Assembly: GCA_038316195.1 (NCBI GenBank)
Contig: JBBQAJ010000001.1
Coordinates: 92,882-156,881, forward strand
Length of the DNA stretch: 64,000 nucleotides
Source: Candidatus Saccharimonadales bacterium
Lineage (GTDB): Bacteria > Patescibacteriota > Saccharimonadia > Saccharimonadales > JBBQAJ01
Direction of reading: 5' to 3'
This document shows positions 37,759 to 46,954 of the stretch, piece by piece. Within the stretch, counting starts at the first letter, position 1, and each line of letters opens with the position of its first letter. Made by a program: the position numbers and the translations under genes. The notes under the pieces are model-generated. The model had not been told where the DNA came from, searched no databases, and saw only the letters and a list, made by a program, of their open reading frames with translations.

Positions 37759-38151
37759 TTATTTTGGGGGGTTTAGTATTGCATTGACTATGTTGTCGAG
37801 ATCATTATTTTTCAAATTGGCTTTCACTGAATAACCAACTATCCCCTTTTCTCTTAAACCAGGAGGGGCATCTACTTCGTTTAAGTTTGAAATAATTTGC
37901 ACTTTAATGTCTTTGCCCCAGTCGCTAGCACGCATACGCTCAAGTACCTGATCACCTGCAATTATAGGTATCATAAGGTCTAATAAAACTAAGTCGGGTC
38001 TATGTTTTTCAATAATATTGAGAGCACTTTGTCCATCAAAGGCGCTAAAAGCTTGATAACCTATAAGTTCAAGTCTTGTTTTGTAAATATCTGCAAGAGC
38101 TTGGTTATCCTCAACGATTACAACTTTTGATTTATTCCCGAATATACCCAT
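37759..38151 (-). CDS. single-domain response regulator (CheY-like receiver only)
   Basis: 130 aa with VVIVEDN, the phospho-acceptor context DLVLLDLMIP, and conserved S/K positions. No output domain. Confidence 0.85.
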   Translation of the reverse strand: MGIFGNKSKVVIVEDNQALADIYKTRLELIGYQAFSAFDGQSALNIIEKHRPDLVLLDLMIPIIAGDQVLERMRASDWGKDIKVQIISNLNEVDAPPGLREKGIVGYSVKANLKNNDLDNIVNAILNPPK

Positions 38152-38225
38152 AATATTTTAATTTTACATTAAATTTATGAAGCAGCGAACTTTTGTTACA
38201 AAACTATTAAGTGTAAAATGTGCCC

Positions 38226-38969
38226 ATGAAGCCATCCATTTTGATTATTATTGGTTTGGTACTTACTATTTTTGCTGGAATCAGTAGAAAAAAATATCGT
38301 AACCTACTGAAAACAATTCCCAATACAGCTCAAAGTCTAGGGAAAAAATGGGGCGCAAAAACTGATCAATATGTTCTGTTACGAACAATGAATTCGTTTT
38401 TTTATATTATTGGTATGGTTGTAACAATTATAGGAATTGGAATTACGCTAAATACTACTTTATTACATGCCCCAACTTTAGAAATACGAAATAAACCAAT
38501 CGTAAGTCAAGTTGATGAAAACTTATCCGCAAGTGATATTTTTAGCCTTATAAACCAAGAAAGAAAAACACGTGGTTTGAAAGAGTTAAATATAGATAAT
38601 AGGCTTGTTGGAATTGCTCAGGACCGATTGGATGATATGGTAAAAAACCAATATTATGCTCATTTGAACCCACAGGGGAAATATTACTATGATTTATTCC
38701 CCGAATATTTAATAAAATCAAACTATTCTTGTGAGAACTTAGATGTTGAATTTACGACCGATCCGAAAGTATATGTCAATGATTGGCTGAAAAGTAAAAA
38801 GGGGCACAAGGAATGCATGCTAAATAAAAACGTGACAACTGCTGGATACGCTGTTGGTTTATTCAACAAATCCGACTCTACAAAAGTTTACTTAGTAGTT
38901 GGGATTCATACAAGTCCTATATCTGGTTTATCAGTCCCAGAATTAAATCCTAATTTAAAATCTCAGTAA
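38226..38969 (+). CDS. membrane-anchored CAP/SCP (PR-1-like, YkwD-type) domain protein
   Basis: ATG at 38226 preferred over the track GTG at 38220. Two N-terminal TM segments, then the CAP signature INQERKTRGLKELNIDNRLVGIAQDRLDDMVKNQYYAH. Confidence 0.7.
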   Translation: MKPSILIIIGLVLTIFAGISRKKYRNLLKTIPNTAQSLGKKWGAKTDQYVLLRTMNSFFYIIGMVVTIIGIGITLNTTLLHAPTLEIRNKPIVSQVDENLSASDIFSLINQERKTRGLKELNIDNRLVGIAQDRLDDMVKNQYYAHLNPQGKYYYDLFPEYLIKSNYSCENLDVEFTTDPKVYVNDWLKSKKGHKECMLNKNVTTAGYAVGLFNKSDSTKVYLVVGIHTSPISGLSVPELNPNLKSQ

Positions 38970-39035
38970 AATACTGCAATTTTTAAAATTCCTGAAGATT
39001 GACATAACCGCTAGCGACATGATTGACTAAAGACA

Positions 39036-39617
39036 ATGACTAAAAACAATTCAATTTCATTTGTAAACTGGTTACAATCTGGACTTGTACGAACCTGTCG
39101 TGTCCACTTTGTTTTAATATCAGTTTATGCTATTTATATTATCGCTGCGGATGCTACAAAATTAACTGAACCAAAACTAGTTTTACAACGTTGGACTATG
39201 AATACTCTACTTTTGATTGGTGTCGTAACAGTCTGGTTTCTTGCCAAGAGCTCAATAAAAACTAGTGGATATTATAAAGCTTTGTTTTCGATTGTTATAT
39301 TATTGGACATTGCAATGGCAACTTTTAATGTATACACAGAACGTGGTATGGCAAGTAGAGCCGTTATTTTGTATTGCATATCTATTGTAGTGTCTGCACT
39401 ACTGCTTAGTCGAACGGCTTTGTTTCTAACAGCAACTTTATGTACTGCAGCCTATTCATTGGCAGCTGTAAAATATTTTGTCGATTATTTTAATGAGGGT
39501 TATAAAGCAGAACTATATATAGAAGTTGCCTTTTATATTGCTACGTTTTTTATACTTGCGGCAATTCTATCAATATTGATCCGATTTAACAATGGTGGAG
39601 CAAAATTGAATTCATAA
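39036..39617 (+). CDS. hypothetical polytopic membrane protein (5-6 TM)
   Basis: 193 aa, hydrophobic throughout, with no catalytic motif recognised. Confidence 0.5.
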   Translation: MTKNNSISFVNWLQSGLVRTCRVHFVLISVYAIYIIAADATKLTEPKLVLQRWTMNTLLLIGVVTVWFLAKSSIKTSGYYKALFSIVILLDIAMATFNVYTERGMASRAVILYCISIVVSALLLSRTALFLTATLCTAAYSLAAVKYFVDYFNEGYKAELYIEVAFYIATFFILAAILSILIRFNNGGAKLNS

Positions 39618-39656
39618 TAAATGATACCTAGGTAAAAAAATTATAGCTTCCATATT

Positions 39657-40646
39657 ATGGCAACACGAACAAAAAAATACACATCAAACATACCCCTTAC
39701 ATCCGATGCACGTGAAAAATTTGTTGAAGAATTATTTCAAGGCGAAATGCCCCATCAGGGTGAGTTATTTTTACCCAACGACGAGTTCTACAAAGGAGAC
39801 AACCCCCAAAGTCAAGCAGAAAATATGATAGAACTATTGGGTAAATGGTTGGGAATAAAACCTGGATACTTGGGATTAGAATTTCAAGATGTTGAAATAA
39901 AGAAATTGAGAAGTCGCAATTACAATATTTTTATAGATCAATCCCTTCTATCTGACGAATTTGCATTAGGTGCAAAAATAGCATTCGCGTTGACACGATA
40001 TTTAGTCGAAGAACGAAAACAGATTTTATCATCTCAGATCGATCAACAAACAGGTCTTTTGGCATATGCATCTGTTGAATTTGGACTTGGTGTAGTAATA
40101 ACAAATGGATTTAAACCCGGACAATTTTTTAAAAAAATGGGTTTGAATTACAATAACGATATATTAAACGGTTATTCGCAATTTGCATATTCCCAAGAGC
40201 TAGTAAAATATACACGTAAATATAGAATTGACCAAAATAATTATATTAACTACTTAGCACCTTGGGCCGCAGAAATATTAGGACTTAAGCTGTCAAAAAA
40301 TCCATCCCATGCAGTTAGAGATGCAATACATCAAGTCAGAATTTCAAAGTTCAAGTTCGCTGGTGTTATTTGGATATTAATACTAATTATACTCAGTGGA
40401 GTTTTCGTTATTGCACAAAAAGTTAAGCCTTTAGACAAAAATATTTCTCAGGCACAACAAAAAATTTTACTACTAAATGATCAAGTCAAAGAATGTGTAT
40501 CAAGACTGAATTATGACAAGCAATTTACGGATTCAAGTGATATTTTAGCAATTAAAACCATAAATGCATCTGAACTTAAATGCAAAAGTCTGCAGAACGA
40601 TCAAAATAATGCAGAAAACGCTTATGCCGATCTTTTAAAAAAATAA
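39657..40646 (+). CDS. hypothetical protein with one TM and a C-terminal coiled-coil-like tail
   Basis: 329 aa with a TM at FAGVIWILILIILSGVFVI. No family recognised. Confidence 0.5.
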   Translation: MATRTKKYTSNIPLTSDAREKFVEELFQGEMPHQGELFLPNDEFYKGDNPQSQAENMIELLGKWLGIKPGYLGLEFQDVEIKKLRSRNYNIFIDQSLLSDEFALGAKIAFALTRYLVEERKQILSSQIDQQTGLLAYASVEFGLGVVITNGFKPGQFFKKMGLNYNNDILNGYSQFAYSQELVKYTRKYRIDQNNYINYLAPWAAEILGLKLSKNPSHAVRDAIHQVRISKFKFAGVIWILILIILSGVFVIAQKVKPLDKNISQAQQKILLLNDQVKECVSRLNYDKQFTDSSDILAIKTINASELKCKSLQNDQNNAENAYADLLKK

Positions 40647-40695
40647 ATATTGGTAAGCCAATTATTCTATTGTAAATAATGTTATAGTACTTTTA

Positions 40696-41586
40696 TTGAG
40701 TAAGGGATTCAAAAAGATTTCAAGCACTTCTATTAGAGATTATTTTTCGCTAACTAAACCTGGGGTTTTATTTGCAAATGCACTTACTGCAGGTGCCGGA
40801 TTTCTGTTTGCAAGTAAGGGAACAATTAACTTTTTGTTGTTTGCATGCTTGTTTATTGGCTCTACGCTAATTATTGCATCGGCCTGTGTTCTGAATAATG
40901 TTCTCGACCAAGATATAGATTCGCAAATGACTCGCACCAAAAATCGCGCAATGGTACTAAAAACTGTTCCTCGCAACAATGCCTTAGTTTTCTCTTTCTT
41001 TATTGGAATTATCGGACTGATTATACTTTATGTGTATACCAATATTTTGGTCGTATCTCTTGGGATTATTGGTTTTATTGACTATGTCTTACTATATGGA
41101 ATGCTTTCGAAACGATTATCATGGCACGGCACGCTTGTAGGTAGTATTTCTGGAGCAGTACCAATAATTTCTGGTTATGTAGCAGTAACAAGATCAATAG
41201 ATATGACTGCTGTTTTTTTATTCATGGTGATGTTTTTTTGGCAAATGCCAGAGTTTTATTCAATTGCAATTTATCGTATGAAAGAATATAAGTCAGCAAA
41301 AATCCCAGTTATCACAGTTGTTAAAGGGATTCCATACGCACAAAAGTTAATTTTTGTTTATACAATACTATTTGTAGTTTCAGCATTACTAATAACGTTT
41401 ATTGGAGATACTAGCGCTATTTACAGATTGATTATGATCGTTTTGGGAGTGCGATGGATAGTATTAAGCTGGAATTCATTTAGAGCATCAAACATAGAGT
41501 TGTGGGCAAAAAATATGTTTAGGTTTTCACTTTATATATTGTTAACATTCTGCTTATTAATTTCAATTGATGCTTGGCTAAGATAA
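40696..41586 (+). CDS. cyoE: protoheme IX farnesyltransferase (heme O synthase)
   Basis: 296 aa, TTG start, with the UbiA-family motif NNVLDQDIDSQMTRTKNRA. Polytopic. Confidence 0.9.
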   Translation: MSKGFKKISSTSIRDYFSLTKPGVLFANALTAGAGFLFASKGTINFLLFACLFIGSTLIIASACVLNNVLDQDIDSQMTRTKNRAMVLKTVPRNNALVFSFFIGIIGLIILYVYTNILVVSLGIIGFIDYVLLYGMLSKRLSWHGTLVGSISGAVPIISGYVAVTRSIDMTAVFLFMVMFFWQMPEFYSIAIYRMKEYKSAKIPVITVVKGIPYAQKLIFVYTILFVVSALLITFIGDTSAIYRLIMIVLGVRWIVLSWNSFRASNIELWAKNMFRFSLYILLTFCLLISIDAWLR

Positions 41587-41607
41587 AAATAATGCTATAA
41601 TTCACTT

Positions 41608-41865
41608 ATGCTTTTGATTTCACATGTTCTAATTGCTCTTACGAGTTTGGCATATACAACACTAACCTATATCAGACCATCAAAAAAACGCTTAAATGTA
41701 TCCTATTTTTTGATGGCATCAACTCTTGCGACTGGGACTTTTTTAGTAGTGAGTACTAACTCATCTTTGGTAAGCGCATGTATCAGTGGGCTCGTTTATA
41801 CATCCATAGTGACTGTGGGAATTTTTGCAGCCAAGAACAAGTTAAAAACAATTGCTTTACTCTAA
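41608..41865 (+). CDS. hypothetical small membrane protein (3 TM)
   Basis: 85-aa ORF starting 21 nt after cyoE. Hydrophobic, family unknown. Confidence 0.4.
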   Translation: MLLISHVLIALTSLAYTTLTYIRPSKKRLNVSYFLMASTLATGTFLVVSTNSSLVSACISGLVYTSIVTVGIFAAKNKLKTIALL

Positions 41866-43524
41866 CTAAAAATGCTCTCTAAGGTGATTAATGCTGAACT
41901 CCCAGTGTGCATCTGTTTTTTTATCAGGGTTGAAAATATTATCTGCATCAAATATATTTTTTAATTCTTTAAAAATTCGCATCATGTCTCGAGAGTACAT
42001 TTGATGTAACCACGGACCTCGACTCATGCCATCGTTGTGCTCACCACTAAGACTTCCACCATATTTTAGAACTAAGGCATTTACTTCTCGCATTGCCGGT
42101 GCTAATTTTATACGCTCCAGTTTTTCTTCAATTTTCATAAGTGGAATGACGTGGAAATTACCATCGCCCATATGCCCTGCTACAGTCGCAAGTAGTTTAT
42201 ATTCATTTATTATTTTTCGAAGCTCGGGTAAAAACTGCTGTAAATGCTCTGGTGGAACGACAAGATCATCTATAAAAGGAGCCGTGTGTTTGTCATGTAC
42301 TTTTTTACGTAGTAGGTTAAAGCTTTCTCTACGCATAATCCAAAACTTTTTAGCTTTTGCGACCGTATCATCTTCTTCGAAAAGCGCATCATGGCCAAAT
42401 GGTACTAGCGCGTCACGCATATCACTTACTTTTTGAGTTACCTGTTCTTGCGTTTCTGCATTGAACTCAACTAAGAGCACCATTTTAGGGATACCACGAA
42501 ACAATTTGAATGCATCTGGAATGAGCTGAATTCCTAATTTTGCCATACCTAACCATCCAAGGGTTTGATGAAAATAGAAAAACAACTTAAAACTAAGCAT
42601 TAATGTATAATTGTCAAACCCCTCAAAAGTTGCAGGTTTGTGTTCCAGCACTTTATTTATCAAATCGCCTAAGTTGTCTGTTTTTCTCAAAAACACAACT
42701 AATGTACCACTATATTTTGGTGCTGGAACTAATCTAAAATGTATATCCGTAATCATTCCAAGAGTTCCTTGTGACCCAATGATAACTTGATTGAGGTCAA
42801 AAACACCTGTTTCACGGTCCCAAACGTCCCAAATGTGATAGGCAGTTGAATCTTTAGATACTTTAGGTTTGGCTGCTTTTATAATTTCATAATTTGATTC
42901 TATGAGTTGATATACTTGTTTGTATATTCGACCTTCATAATCATTTTGGGCAATCTTGTATTCTAGTTCGGACTTGTTAAGTGGTTTAACTGTGTACTCA
43001 TTACCGTCTGCAAAAACCACCTTAAGTTCGGTCACAAATTTCTCAGTTTTGCCAAATTCAAGTGATTTTTCGCCACCAGAATTATTTGCCACCATTCCAC
43101 CAATGGTACATAAGTCTCTAGATGCTGGATAGCTTGGCATTAGTGCATTGTGAACTAGAGTCTCGCGTTCAAAGTCTCTGTAAAAAACTCCTGGCTGAGC
43201 ATGAGCTGTTTGTGAATCTGTGTGAAATATTTTATTGAAATGTCTGGTCATGTCCATAAGAACAGATTGATTTATGGCTCCACCACTCATATCAGTTCCT
43301 GCTGAACGGGCAGTTAAAGATACGTGACTATGGTGTTTATTTTTAATATTGCGTACATAATTTACTGCCGTTTTAACATCTTGACTGTTTTTAGGGTATA
43401 TAACGACTTCCGGCATGAGCTCAAACATGCTAGCGTCATGACTGTAGTGATCGCGCGTAGCAACTGTTGCGTCAATTTCACCAACAAATCCAGCTTCTTT
43501 TAAAGCTTTTTTATAATCATCCAT
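41866..43524 (-). CDS. FAD-linked oxidase (GlcD / D-lactate dehydrogenase-like, PCMH-type FAD binding)
   Basis: 552 aa with TARSAGTDMSGGAI and a C-terminal HVIPL...GGSLSGEHNDG block typical of the FAD-oxidase C domain. Confidence 0.75.
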   Translation of the reverse strand: MDDYKKALKEAGFVGEIDATVATRDHYSHDASMFELMPEVVIYPKNSQDVKTAVNYVRNIKNKHHSHVSLTARSAGTDMSGGAINQSVLMDMTRHFNKIFHTDSQTAHAQPGVFYRDFERETLVHNALMPSYPASRDLCTIGGMVANNSGGEKSLEFGKTEKFVTELKVVFADGNEYTVKPLNKSELEYKIAQNDYEGRIYKQVYQLIESNYEIIKAAKPKVSKDSTAYHIWDVWDRETGVFDLNQVIIGSQGTLGMITDIHFRLVPAPKYSGTLVVFLRKTDNLGDLINKVLEHKPATFEGFDNYTLMLSFKLFFYFHQTLGWLGMAKLGIQLIPDAFKLFRGIPKMVLLVEFNAETQEQVTQKVSDMRDALVPFGHDALFEEDDTVAKAKKFWIMRRESFNLLRKKVHDKHTAPFIDDLVVPPEHLQQFLPELRKIINEYKLLATVAGHMGDGNFHVIPLMKIEEKLERIKLAPAMREVNALVLKYGGSLSGEHNDGMSRGPWLHQMYSRDMMRIFKELKNIFDADNIFNPDKKTDAHWEFSINHLREHF

Positions 43525-43604
43525 ATTGACCTAGCTTAACATAAGTCATAAGCGTTATGATACAATCAAATTAGATAAATTAAGGGTAATAAAACAGATA
43601 TACT

Positions 43605-44792
43605 ATGAAAAAACCAAGAATTGTAATTGTCGGGGCTGGATTTGGTGGCATAAAAACAGCACTAGAATTGGCTGAAGATACTCGTTTTCATGTAACATTG
43701 ATTTCCGACCACATAAATTTTAGGTATTATCCGACTCTATACAGGACAGCAACGGGTGGTCGAAAAATTCTTTCTTCAATTCCCCTTAGTGAAATTTTTT
43801 CTGGAAAAAATGTTCACATTATAATAGATAGAGTTGTTAGTCTAGATAGAGTTTCTCGCACTGTAAAAACTAAAATTGGACATGTGATTGGGTTTGAGTC
43901 GTTAGTTTTAGCAATGGGAGTTTATACAAATTACTTTGGGATAAAAGGCTTGAAGGAATTATCGTACGGTATAAAAACTAACAAAGACGCACAAGAACTT
44001 AAAGCACATCTACACAATCAGTTAATCATAAATAATGAACCAGATCTGAATTATGTGGTCGTTGGTGGTGGTCCGTCTGGTATAGAGCTTGCAGGAGTAT
44101 TGCCTGCATATTTGAATCAAATATCTCGACAACACAGACTTAAAAAACGAAAAATTCATGTTGATTTGGTTGAAGCAGCTCCAAGATTGGTTCCTAGAAT
44201 GCCAAAAGACGTATCCAGACGGATTACTTATCAATTACGCAGATTGGGTGTCAAAATATATTTGAATACTGCAGTAAGTGCCCAGACAGCTGATACGCTG
44301 GTGATAAATAACAAATCGATTAGAAGCCACACAGTCATTTGGACGGCTGGGGTCTCAAACAATACATTTTTTACAAATAATGAATTTCAAGTGGCAAAAA
44401 ACGGTAAAGTTAGAGTTGATCAATTTTTACAAACAGAGATGGGTATTTATGTAATTGGCGACAATGCTGATACGCCATATAGTGGAATGGCACAAACCGC
44501 ACTGCATGATGGAAAATTTGTTGCAGCAAATTTAAAAAGGATTGCTGACAAACACGAACCCGTACCATATACAGCGAAAAAGCCGGTCTTTGTTTTCCCG
44601 GCTGGGCACCGATGGGCAGCAGTTTTGTGGGGTAAGGTCCGTTTATACGGTAAAAAAGGCTGGCTTTTACGCTCTTTGGCAGATTTAGTTGCTTATCATG
44701 ATTACGAGCCTTGGCAAATAGCTACTCGTAGGTGGGCTGCAGAAAATGACAATGAGGAAGTGTGTACATTTTGTACTGACAAATTACATTAA
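43605..44792 (+). CDS. ndh: type II NADH:quinone oxidoreductase (NDH-2)
   Basis: 395 aa with two Rossmann GxGxxG motifs (IVIVGAGFGGIKTA, VVVGGGPSGIELAG) and the VIGDNAD block. Confidence 0.8.
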   Translation: MKKPRIVIVGAGFGGIKTALELAEDTRFHVTLISDHINFRYYPTLYRTATGGRKILSSIPLSEIFSGKNVHIIIDRVVSLDRVSRTVKTKIGHVIGFESLVLAMGVYTNYFGIKGLKELSYGIKTNKDAQELKAHLHNQLIINNEPDLNYVVVGGGPSGIELAGVLPAYLNQISRQHRLKKRKIHVDLVEAAPRLVPRMPKDVSRRITYQLRRLGVKIYLNTAVSAQTADTLVINNKSIRSHTVIWTAGVSNNTFFTNNEFQVAKNGKVRVDQFLQTEMGIYVIGDNADTPYSGMAQTALHDGKFVAANLKRIADKHEPVPYTAKKPVFVFPAGHRWAAVLWGKVRLYGKKGWLLRSLADLVAYHDYEPWQIATRRWAAENDNEEVCTFCTDKLH

Positions 44793-44829
44793 TAGTTAAC
44801 TGAGTGGGGAAACTTTATTAAATTCTATA

Positions 44830-45489
44830 TCACAATAAATTGTGTTTTTGGTTTTCGCGCCATTTAGCTATTTCGCCGTGATTTCCATTCAATAATACCT
44901 TTGGTACTTTTAAACCTTTGAATATTTCGGGACGAGTGTACTGAGGGAATTCTACCGTTTTATCATCTTGCTGAAATGATTCTATTTCTGCAGAATTTTT
45001 TCCACCGAGAACGCCAGGGATTAAACGAACTACACTATCTATAATTGCCATTGCAGGTATTTCGCCACCAGTAAGAACATAATTTCCTATGCAATACTGC
45101 CTATCTATCCATTTTGTTATACGTTCGTCATAGCCTTCATATCTAGGGCAAATTATAATTATATCAGTATAATTACCAGCTAAATTTTTTGCATCTGATT
45201 GTTTATAAATATGCCCTCTTGGTGTAGGTAGCAATACTTGGAATTTTGAACTATTAACCTGAGTCTTAGCATATTCAATTGCCAAAACTATTGAATCGGG
45301 CTTCAGCAACATACCGTCGCCACCACCATACGGAGTATCATCTACATTTTTACGATTCCCGGAACCAAAGTCACGAAGATTTATATAATGATACTGCGCA
45401 AGACCTTTGTCTTGCGCTTTCCATAACATACTTGATTCCAAAACTGGTGGAAACATTTCTGGAAAAAGTGTAATTATTTGGATTTTCAT
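44830..45489 (-). CDS. trmD: tRNA (guanine37-N1)-methyltransferase
   Basis: 219 aa with ICPRYEGYDERI and YVLTGGEIPAMAIIDSVVRLIPGVLG. Confidence 0.95.
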   Translation of the reverse strand: MKIQIITLFPEMFPPVLESSMLWKAQDKGLAQYHYINLRDFGSGNRKNVDDTPYGGGDGMLLKPDSIVLAIEYAKTQVNSSKFQVLLPTPRGHIYKQSDAKNLAGNYTDIIIICPRYEGYDERITKWIDRQYCIGNYVLTGGEIPAMAIIDSVVRLIPGVLGGKNSAEIESFQQDDKTVEFPQYTRPEIFKGLKVPKVLLNGNHGEIAKWRENQKHNLL

Positions 45490-45536
45490 GGTTATTTTAA
45501 CATTATGCTATTTTTGATAATATTTTTCAATTTATA

Positions 45537-45561
45537 GAAAAATCCGCACAAACGCGGATTT
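45537..45561 (-). terminator. intrinsic terminator-like hairpin 48 nt upstream of trmD
   Basis: Minus-strand RNA reads AAAUCCGC-GUUUGU-GCGGAUUU followed by UUC. Confidence 0.5.
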
Positions 45562-45620
45562 CGCTATCACATAAAGCTCCCTCGACAAGTCGAGGCTCGC
45601 AATGAGCTATGTTTTTTGTT

Positions 45621-45647
45621 TGAAAAAACTGTTGTCTTACGACAGTT
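45621..45647 (-). terminator. intrinsic terminator after the KH-domain gene
   Basis: Minus-strand RNA reads AACUGUCG-UAAGA-CAACAGUU followed by UUUUCA. Confidence 0.55.
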
Positions 45648-45695
45648 ATGAATTATAGTTGAATATCCTCGAGTAATCAATTGAATAATTATGAT

Positions 45696-46229
45696 TTAAA
45701 TGTCTAAATCATCTAGTTCTGCTAGTTCTGCACGAGTTTTTCTGACAGCATCGCTATGATCTGAGCTAGCATCGTTTTTGGTGTTATTTTCATCTGTTGT
45801 AGATACTTCTTCATTTGAAACAGTATCGATGTCGTTCTCGTTTGGACTGGAATCGAATGTGCCAACTGAGTCATTGGAGTCTAAAATGCCAGAATTATCA
45901 TTTTGGTCATTATTCGACGGTGATGAATTATCTGTTGAAGTATCAGTCTGACGATAGTCATCTCGTGGTGGACGTGGTTCCCCATTATCTACGATTTTTA
46001 GATTGTAACGAGCGTCGTTTTTAGTGCCAAGTGCGCGCAAAAGTGTACGCAAACTTTGAGCTGTTGCTCCACGCTTGCCAATAACACGACCCAAATCTTC
46101 TGGGTTAACTGTAAGTTCAAGTAACACACCTTTTTCGTCGATTGTACGTTCAATGCTTACATCGTCAGGATTATTTACGAGTGATTTTACTACAAACTCT
46201 ATAAATTGTTGGTCTATGCTGCTGTTCAT
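45696..46229 (-). CDS. KH-domain RNA-binding protein (YlqC/UPF0109) with long acidic low-complexity tail
   Basis: 177 aa. The first ~80 aa are KH (VIGKRGATAQSLRTLL). The remainder is a D/N/S/T-rich tail. Confidence 0.85.
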   Translation of the reverse strand: MNSSIDQQFIEFVVKSLVNNPDDVSIERTIDEKGVLLELTVNPEDLGRVIGKRGATAQSLRTLLRALGTKNDARYNLKIVDNGEPRPPRDDYRQTDTSTDNSSPSNNDQNDNSGILDSNDSVGTFDSSPNENDIDTVSNEEVSTTDENNTKNDASSDHSDAVRKTRAELAELDDLDI

Positions 46230-46280
46230 TGGAAACTCCTCCAGATTAGTCTTTTAGTCTCTAATTATTATAACAAATAT

Positions 46281-46868
46281 TTAGGCTTCTTTTGATTTTT
46301 CCGAATTTTCTTCTGATTTTGACTCGGATGGTTCGGTTTGTGCGTCCTGAGAATCTGCAGTCGGTGCTTCAGGTTCATCTGTTGCTAATGCATTCTCAGT
46401 AGCTTCTATTAATGGACTTGTTTCAGATTCAGGTTCTATTGCTTCAGTTGCCTTCTCGGGAGCTGCTTCAGAACCAGAAGAAGTTTCAGCTTTAACAACT
46501 GTTTCTTCTGATGCTATTTCTGCAGAAGTAACTGTTTCTGGCGCTTTAGGCTCATCAGGTCTTGTGCTTCGTCGTTTTTCAATATTTTTAGTTTTTCCAG
46601 ATTTGTTATCTGGAACTTCAACCCATTTAGGTAACTTTACACCTTCTGATTTCAACAAACGAACCACTCTCTCGGATGGTTGCGCTCCGTGTTCCAAATA
46701 AAAACTGGCTTTTTCTTTGTCTAATGATGTTTCTTTTGTGTGTGGGTTAAAGTGGCCTAAACTGGCAACTAATTTTCCACTTGTTGGGGTCCTGCGCGAG
46801 TCTTGAACAACGACGCGGAATTGAGCGTGGCCTTTACGACCGGTACGCTGCATACGAATGACTAACAT
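46281..46868 (-). CDS. rpsP: 30S ribosomal protein S16 with ~110-aa acidic C-terminal extension
   Basis: 195 aa. The N-terminus MLVIRMQRTGRKGHAQFRVVVQDSRR..GHFNPH is canonical bS16. The tail is E/A/S/T/P-rich. Confidence 0.9.
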   Translation of the reverse strand: MLVIRMQRTGRKGHAQFRVVVQDSRRTPTSGKLVASLGHFNPHTKETSLDKEKASFYLEHGAQPSERVVRLLKSEGVKLPKWVEVPDNKSGKTKNIEKRRSTRPDEPKAPETVTSAEIASEETVVKAETSSGSEAAPEKATEAIEPESETSPLIEATENALATDEPEAPTADSQDAQTEPSESKSEENSEKSKEA

Positions 46869-46954
46869 TCAATTACTTCCTTCCCTTAATAACTTAATGT
46901 ACAGAATGATAATTGTACAGATACCCACCCCAGTTGTCAACATAGGATCGTTGA

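Noticed and set aside
37543-37776. 77-aa plus-strand ORF in the RR-cyoA spacer
   Set aside because: No SD, a TTG-type start, and it overlaps the end of the response regulator gene. The region is better explained as the cyoA control region.
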